Assembly (NCBI GenBank): GCA_048886685.1
Contig: JBHLKM010000005.1
Span: 42,958 to 106,957 of the forward strand
From: Candidatus Hodarchaeota archaeon
GTDB lineage: Archaea > Asgardarchaeota > Lokiarchaeia > Sigyniarchaeales > SOKP01
Reading direction: 5' to 3'
DNA length: 64,000 bases
A program made the position numbers and the translations under genes. Positions 58,644 through 64,000 of the stretch are shown here, in pieces (position 1 is the stretch's first letter; every line of letters starts with the position of its first letter). The notes under the pieces are model-generated. The model ran no database searches, was not told the origin of the DNA, and saw only the letters and a program-made list of their open reading frames with translations.

Positions 58644-59648
58644 TTAACTATCATCTATTTGTTTAACAACAATTTTACCTTGATCATTAATCTCAAGGAG
58701 TCCTGCTTGTTCTAGTTCTTGAACATATCTTTTCACTAATACTATAGGAGAACCAATTGCTGCCCGGAGATCTTCTAGACTGATTGCTCCCACTTCCTCC
58801 GCTATGAGAAACGTCTTGAAAAGTATCTCTTTTTCCATTAATGGCTTTAATTTATCAAAAAAGTGGATCTTTTCAATATTGTCTTTTTGAAACTCTTGGA
58901 TTTCCTCGAGTTTTTTCTGTAAGCTTTCTATTTCAGCATTAGCCTCTCTGTTTTTATCACTTAGTTCCCCAACTTTATTTATTAATTCTTCATGTTTATT
59001 TCTCATTTGTTCAAATCTAGAAACTGCATCTTTCGCTTCAGAATCTTTTTCTGTAGAAATTAGTTTGCTATCCAATAATATTTGATCTAGCTTATTAATT
59101 TGATCTTTTAGATCTTGTGTCTCTATCCGGTGTTTCTCTTCCATTTGCGAGATTATTTTCACTTGTTCTTCTTTAAACTTGTCTGTAAATGCTTGAAGTT
59201 CTTGGATTTTATTTTCTAGACCTTTCATTGATTCTTTATTTAGAATTAATTCAGAATTTTTTTCTGCGATTTCAGCTCTCAAATTACCAATAGTTTCATA
59301 TGATTCATCTAATTTCTTTTGCGTAGGAACAATTTGTTTTTTCACTAGTTCAAGTTCCTTTTGAGATTGAGCGATTTCTCCTTTCGCATATTCTAATTCT
59401 AACTCCTTCTCATTAAGTTGCTGTCTTTGTGCGCCAATTAATTCTTTTAATTCTAATATATCTTCAGGAATATCGCTCATTTTAGAGAGTCTGACTTTTT
59501 GTTGCTCAATTATGGCCTCTTGTTCACTAACGACTCTTTTTTGGCGTTCTACTAGCGCAGTTAATTTATCTACTTTTGATTGCAAAATAGCAGTTTGTTT
59601 TTCGCTAGATTCAATACCATCTAGTACATCTCTAAGATCTTTTGACAC
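58644..59648 (-). CDS. Coiled-coil protein with C-terminal winged-helix domain
   Basis: About 260 aa of heptads, then ISLEDLRAAIGSPIVLVKRYVQELEQAGLLEINDQGKI. Confidence 0.7.
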   Translation of the reverse strand: MSKDLRDVLDGIESSEKQTAILQSKVDKLTALVERQKRVVSEQEAIIEQQKVRLSKMSDIPEDILELKELIGAQRQQLNEKELELEYAKGEIAQSQKELELVKKQIVPTQKKLDESYETIGNLRAEIAEKNSELILNKESMKGLENKIQELQAFTDKFKEEQVKIISQMEEKHRIETQDLKDQINKLDQILLDSKLISTEKDSEAKDAVSRFEQMRNKHEELINKVGELSDKNREANAEIESLQKKLEEIQEFQKDNIEKIHFFDKLKPLMEKEILFKTFLIAEEVGAISLEDLRAAIGSPIVLVKRYVQELEQAGLLEINDQGKIVVKQIDDS

Positions 59649-59941
59649 TGTTAATTAACCCTCAAATTTTAATTTAAAATAGAATAGTATAAAATGTTAA
59701 TGTAGCAGATATATTTATTTTTTTTTTAATAGAAACTTATAACTATTAAGCGGATCTTCTAATGTTTGAATTTTAAATTTCCAAAATTCTGATAAAATAA
59801 AAATAAATTTAGTTCTTAATAATTTTTTGTTTTCAGAAGTAAGAGAAACAATTTATTTATTATTTAATTTTCAAAATATCATTTATCTTCTCCAAATATG
59901 GTAGAAAATTTATATATTTATTCTTCAATATTCAATAAAGT

Positions 59942-60769
59942 ATGTCGGAGGTTTTAGATCCTGATAATAAAAACTTAGTTTTATTTTTAATAATTACATT
60001 CTTATTCTCATGGATTCTATGGCTGCCTAGCTTATTAACTTCCATAATTTCATCCAAATCTATTATATTATTTGAAGGATTGAAATTTATTGGTTCATTT
60101 GGACCATTTGTGGCTGCATTCTCCCTTACTTATTTTAATGAAGGTTTAGACGGTATAATATATTTATGGAAACGGGGATGGCATTATAATAATAGAATTT
60201 ATTTGTTAATATCCATTTTTTTAATTCCTTTGTTAAGTGGGATTTCTTTTCTTTTCTTAGTAATTTTCAAATGGCATAGACCATCCCAATTAATAACTTG
60301 GGACACAATCAGATATGCTATAATGGAATTTATAGTAATTTTTTTCTTAGCTGGTCCATTCCAAGAAGAATTTGGATGGAGGGGATATATGCTTGATCGT
60401 CTTCAAATACAATTCGATGCCGTTAGTTCAAGTCTAATTCTTGGGTTCTTTTGGAGTGGTTGGCATTTACCATTGTTTTTCATGATTGGAACTCCTCAAT
60501 ATAATCAAGCTTTCCTTAGTTTTTTTTTTCAAGTAATTATCATATCAGTTTTATTTACTTGGTTACATAATAATACTAAAAGAAGCATTTTCATTGCTAT
60601 GATTTTTCATACAACAACTAATATGGTTAATAGCATATTCCCGGTAAATAATACAGTTTTAGGTAGTACTTTATTTACGACACTATTAAATACTGTTATG
60701 GTGATTGTAATCATCATATATGGCCCAGAAAAATTAAAACGTAATTTGAAAAAAGAAAGAAAAAGATGA
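59942..60769 (+). CDS. CPBP (Abi/CAAX II) intramembrane glutamic endopeptidase
   Basis: GP.QEEFGWRGY, W..WHLPLF, AMIFHT..N. Confidence 0.92.
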   Translation: MSEVLDPDNKNLVLFLIITFLFSWILWLPSLLTSIISSKSIILFEGLKFIGSFGPFVAAFSLTYFNEGLDGIIYLWKRGWHYNNRIYLLISIFLIPLLSGISFLFLVIFKWHRPSQLITWDTIRYAIMEFIVIFFLAGPFQEEFGWRGYMLDRLQIQFDAVSSSLILGFFWSGWHLPLFFMIGTPQYNQAFLSFFFQVIIISVLFTWLHNNTKRSIFIAMIFHTTTNMVNSIFPVNNTVLGSTLFTTLLNTVMVIVIIIYGPEKLKRNLKKERKR

Positions 60770-60857
60770 GAATCTTTGAAATTCAAATATAGAAGTATTT
60801 ATAATAAAATCGAATCTAGATAAATAAATAATAAAAAAGTTTAACCTTTCTTATATT

Positions 60858-61448
60858 TTGTCTCAAATGGTGAATATAATTTTTTCAATTTATTTTAAAT
60901 CTAATCATTTAGATGCTATAATTCTGATATCCTACGAATATTTAGAAAAAGAAAAGAGGATAAAATTAGAGGAAATCAAATTCTTTGAAAATGCTGCGGA
61001 TGCCGTTACCTATATAAAAACAGAAGATTTCGCATTAATAGAAGAAGATGCGATGATCCATGATAGAATTCAAGATTTAAGAAATTTACTTACTAGTTAT
61101 TTATCTGGTAAAAATGTTGATTTATACAATATGATTCAAGGATTAAATATCAAGCTAAGTTTAAAGGAAAAATTTCCAACTAAGTTTTCACAGGAAGTCA
61201 TTAAAACTGTTATAAATTTAAATCAAGGTGAACTTACTACGTATTTTGAAATTGGTGACAAAATAAAATCAAGGGCTTATAGAGCAATAGGAAATGTATT
61301 AAAACATAATCCATTACCTTTAGTTATTCCTTGTCACCGCGTTCTAAGAAAAAACGGAGAAATCGGGGGTTATATGGGAAAAATAGATAAAACTTGGGAA
61401 ACTAATCTGAAAAAACAATTATTAAAATTAGAAGGACATCCAATATAG
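60858..61448 (+). CDS. ogt: Methylated-DNA--protein-cysteine methyltransferase
   Basis: AYRAIGN.L..NPLPLVIPCHRV...G.IGGY; K..LLKLEG. Confidence 0.9.
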   Translation: MSQMVNIIFSIYFKSNHLDAIILISYEYLEKEKRIKLEEIKFFENAADAVTYIKTEDFALIEEDAMIHDRIQDLRNLLTSYLSGKNVDLYNMIQGLNIKLSLKEKFPTKFSQEVIKTVINLNQGELTTYFEIGDKIKSRAYRAIGNVLKHNPLPLVIPCHRVLRKNGEIGGYMGKIDKTWETNLKKQLLKLEGHPI

Positions 61449-61507
61449 AAATCTATATTTCCAACAATCGAAATGAATATAAAAGCTTATGACTTTTATT
61501 TAATATT

Positions 61508-62710
61508 ATGGTGCTTGTATCTCCACTTAAACCTTTTATTCCTATTAATCCAGAAGAATTTTGTACTAATCCTTATGATATAATTAGTAAGGAAGAGGAA
61601 CAAAAATTAAAGAGGAATTCTAATTCATTGATACATCTTATATTACCTGATGGAGAAGGTAATGAAATTTATGAAAACGCTGCTAAAGCATACAATGATT
61701 TTAAAGAAAAAAAAATAATCGAACAAGAAAAAACTCCAAGTGTATTTGTATATCAACAAGAATCTGCTCATTTTAGTCATCAAGGATTAATTATTGGAGT
61801 TGCTCTTAAAGATTATGAAGAAGGAAATATTGTAAAACATGAGCATACTCGAGACAAACCACTTAAAGATAGAACAAATCATATAGTTACAACCGAAGTA
61901 GCAGCAGGGTTAGTTTGGACAGTTTTCAAAGCAAATTTCAAGATAAATCAGATGATTGAACAAATTAAAAATAAGAAACCTATGTTCAAATTCAAAAAAT
62001 ATGGCTATGAGCATATACTCTGGCAAGAAACTAATTCTACTTTTATTAACAAACTAAAAGATTTATTTCAAAAAGAAAAAATCTATATTGCTGATGGACA
62101 CCATAGAGCAGCAAGTGCTGCTGAATATCGTAAATTAAGATTAAAAGAATCTACTACAGATGAAAACTCTGACGACCCTTGGCAATATTTATTAACCTAT
62201 ATAGCTTCTGATGATCAAATTCGCATATTACCATATAATCGAGTTGTTAGAAAACTCCCAATTTCAGAAGCAGAATTTTTAAAGAATTTAGAAGAGATAT
62301 TTAATATGGAATTAATAGAAAATGCTTTTAATCCTGAAAAGAAAAATGAGATTGCCATGTGTTTAAATGGGAAATGGTATAAACTAACAATTAAAAGAAA
62401 AAAATTTAAGTCTAAGCGAGAATCTTTAGATGTTGCCATTCTTCAAGAAAAAGTATTAGAACCTATCCTAGGTATCAGTGATCCGCGTGCTGATGAAAAT
62501 ATCTCTTTCATAGGGGGCATAAGAGATCCTAAAGAAATGGAAAAATATGTATTGGAAAAAGGAAATGCTCTATTGTTTAATTTATATCCGGTAGATATTA
62601 AAGATCTAGAGACGATTGCCGATAAAGGAGGTGTAATGCCACCAAAATCTACTTGGTTTGACCCAAAAGTTCTCTCAGGATTAGTTCTACATGATTTAAA
62701 AGAATATTAA
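61508..62710 (+). CDS. DUF1015 family protein
   Basis: PYDII, KHEHT, YIADGHHR, ILPYNRVV, MPPKSTWF.PK..SGL. Confidence 0.9.
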   Translation: MVLVSPLKPFIPINPEEFCTNPYDIISKEEEQKLKRNSNSLIHLILPDGEGNEIYENAAKAYNDFKEKKIIEQEKTPSVFVYQQESAHFSHQGLIIGVALKDYEEGNIVKHEHTRDKPLKDRTNHIVTTEVAAGLVWTVFKANFKINQMIEQIKNKKPMFKFKKYGYEHILWQETNSTFINKLKDLFQKEKIYIADGHHRAASAAEYRKLRLKESTTDENSDDPWQYLLTYIASDDQIRILPYNRVVRKLPISEAEFLKNLEEIFNMELIENAFNPEKKNEIAMCLNGKWYKLTIKRKKFKSKRESLDVAILQEKVLEPILGISDPRADENISFIGGIRDPKEMEKYVLEKGNALLFNLYPVDIKDLETIADKGGVMPPKSTWFDPKVLSGLVLHDLKEY

Positions 62711-62721
62711 AAAAATAAATA

Positions 62722-63663
62722 TTAAATTTCTTTTAGAAATTTTGACATTTTATCTGCAATCATAGTAGCAGCGGCAATTTGATTTTCTATACTTTGGCTC
62801 CCGATATGAGGTGTAAGTATTAAATTTTCTTCACATTTTATCAATTCTGGATCCTTAAGAGGTTCTTCACGATAAACATCAAGAGCAGCACCTGAGATAT
62901 TTTTGTTCTCTAATGCTTTTACTAAAGCCGTATCGTCAATCAAAGTTCCTCTGGCAGTATTAATAATTATTGCATCTTTTCTCATAAGCTTAATAAGGTT
63001 TCCATTGACTATATTCTCAGTTTGGGGTGTTGCAGGAAGATGCAATGATATTATTTGGGCATCTTTCACCAAATCCTCAATTGAATTATAAATTGAGCAT
63101 CCTATTTCTTTAGCTTCATCTATAGCTTTCTGACCTTTACTGAACCGGGAATAAACTCCAACGCTCATTCCCATAACAAGTGTGATTTTTGCTAAATGCT
63201 TTGCTATATTTCCAAATCCAATTAACCCGAGTTTTTTTCCATTTAATGTATAACCTAAATATTGACTTTTATTCCATTTTCCCTGATGAGTTGTACGATC
63301 AGCATGAGAAATTTTCCTTGCTAGGGATAACATTAAACCTAAAGCTAATTCTGCCACTGATACTGCTGGAGCTTCAGGAGTATTTAAAACTTCTATATTC
63401 ATTTCAGCTGCTTTTTCCCTATCTACATTATCTAATCCAACTCCTGCTCTACCAATGGCTTTTAAAATCTTGGCATTTTCTAATACATCAGCAGTTAACT
63501 TTGTTCTCGAACGAATTACAATTCCATCGTATTCTCCTATTTCCTTTTTAAGATCTTCATGAGTTATAGAAAATTTTTTTATAACCTCAAACCCATTATC
63601 TTCAAATATTTTGATACCTTCATCTTGAAGCTCATCGCTAATTAATACTTTCATGCATATCAC
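62722..63663 (-). CDS. serA: D-3-phosphoglycerate dehydrogenase (short form, no ACT domain)
   Basis: IRSRTK, GRAGVGLDNVD, GLIGFGNI, INTARG, AALDV..EP, LTPHIG. Confidence 0.85.
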   Translation of the reverse strand: MICMKVLISDELQDEGIKIFEDNGFEVIKKFSITHEDLKKEIGEYDGIVIRSRTKLTADVLENAKILKAIGRAGVGLDNVDREKAAEMNIEVLNTPEAPAVSVAELALGLMLSLARKISHADRTTHQGKWNKSQYLGYTLNGKKLGLIGFGNIAKHLAKITLVMGMSVGVYSRFSKGQKAIDEAKEIGCSIYNSIEDLVKDAQIISLHLPATPQTENIVNGNLIKLMRKDAIIINTARGTLIDDTALVKALENKNISGAALDVYREEPLKDPELIKCEENLILTPHIGSQSIENQIAAATMIADKMSKFLKEI

Positions 63664-63798
63664 TTGGATTTAATTTATGTAAATTGAATAATTTTTCTAA
63701 TCTATCGAGTTTTAAAGAGTTTATGATAATAAATTAATCTTTTCTTTATTTAAAGAGTTATTAAAAAAATATGATAATTTAATGAAAGCCTTAAAGAA

Positions 63799-64000
63799 TT
63801 ATTTTATCTCGTTTATTATTTCTGTAAGGACTTTTAACATTTTATCAAGGTTGGTAAGATATATTTCTCCCATATGGCCAATTCGGAACGTTTTATTTAC
63901 AAGATTTCCATATCCATTAACAATTCGATAACCTTTTTCCAAAAGCATTGAAATCATCTTTTGAATATCAAGGTTTAATGAATTGCTTATAGTTGAGACA
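63799..64000 (-). CDS. Class V PLP aminotransferase (alanine-glyoxylate/serine-pyruvate or SerC-like), C-terminal part only
   Basis: ...KGYRIVNGYGNLVNKTFRIGHMGE...EIK*; FRIGHMG signature; begins outside the window. Confidence 0.85.
   Translation of the reverse strand, partial: VSTISNSLNLDIQKMISMLLEKGYRIVNGYGNLVNKTFRIGHMGEIYLTNLDKMLKVLTEIINEIK

Noticed and set aside
1-64000. CRISPR array, transposase, integrase, rRNA
   Set aside because: No repeat-spacer arrays, mobile-element genes or long GC-rich RNA genes were seen

Overview
AT-rich archaeal chromosome window. The gene content points to an Asgard archaeon, most likely Lokiarchaeia/Promethearchaeia: an actin-related protein, Rab-like GTPase, roadblock and longin/uDENN-like proteins, a eukaryote-type ubiquitin-like protein, an LRR protein, Sm-rpl37e, PINA and ASH-Ski2. 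It holds about 60 mostly housekeeping or metabolic CDSs and no recognisable mobile element or CRISPR array. The strongest signal is an RNA-splicing story. (i) A tRNA-Leu(UAA) gene (57756..57933, -) carries three non-canonical BHB/BHL introns of 32, 30 and 31 nt. (ii) A gamma-carbonic-anhydrase-family gene (43334..43898) is broken by a 31-nt stop-containing insert that folds into a relaxed bulge-helix-bulge with the same G.A-mismatch/AAU-bulge geometry as one tRNA intron; excision restores GHHAMIHG, so this is a candidate mRNA micro-intron. (iii) An EndA subunit lacks catalytic residues, as expected for a heteromeric splicing endonuclease. Other highlights: a CorA/DUF155-like 2TM-NUDIX fusion divergent from nadA, tandem SIRT6-like sirtuins, an actin homologue with a zinc-ribbon insert, an SSUH2-like protein, and four genes that appear to start at ATT. 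All family assignments come from motif recognition by eye, not database searches.
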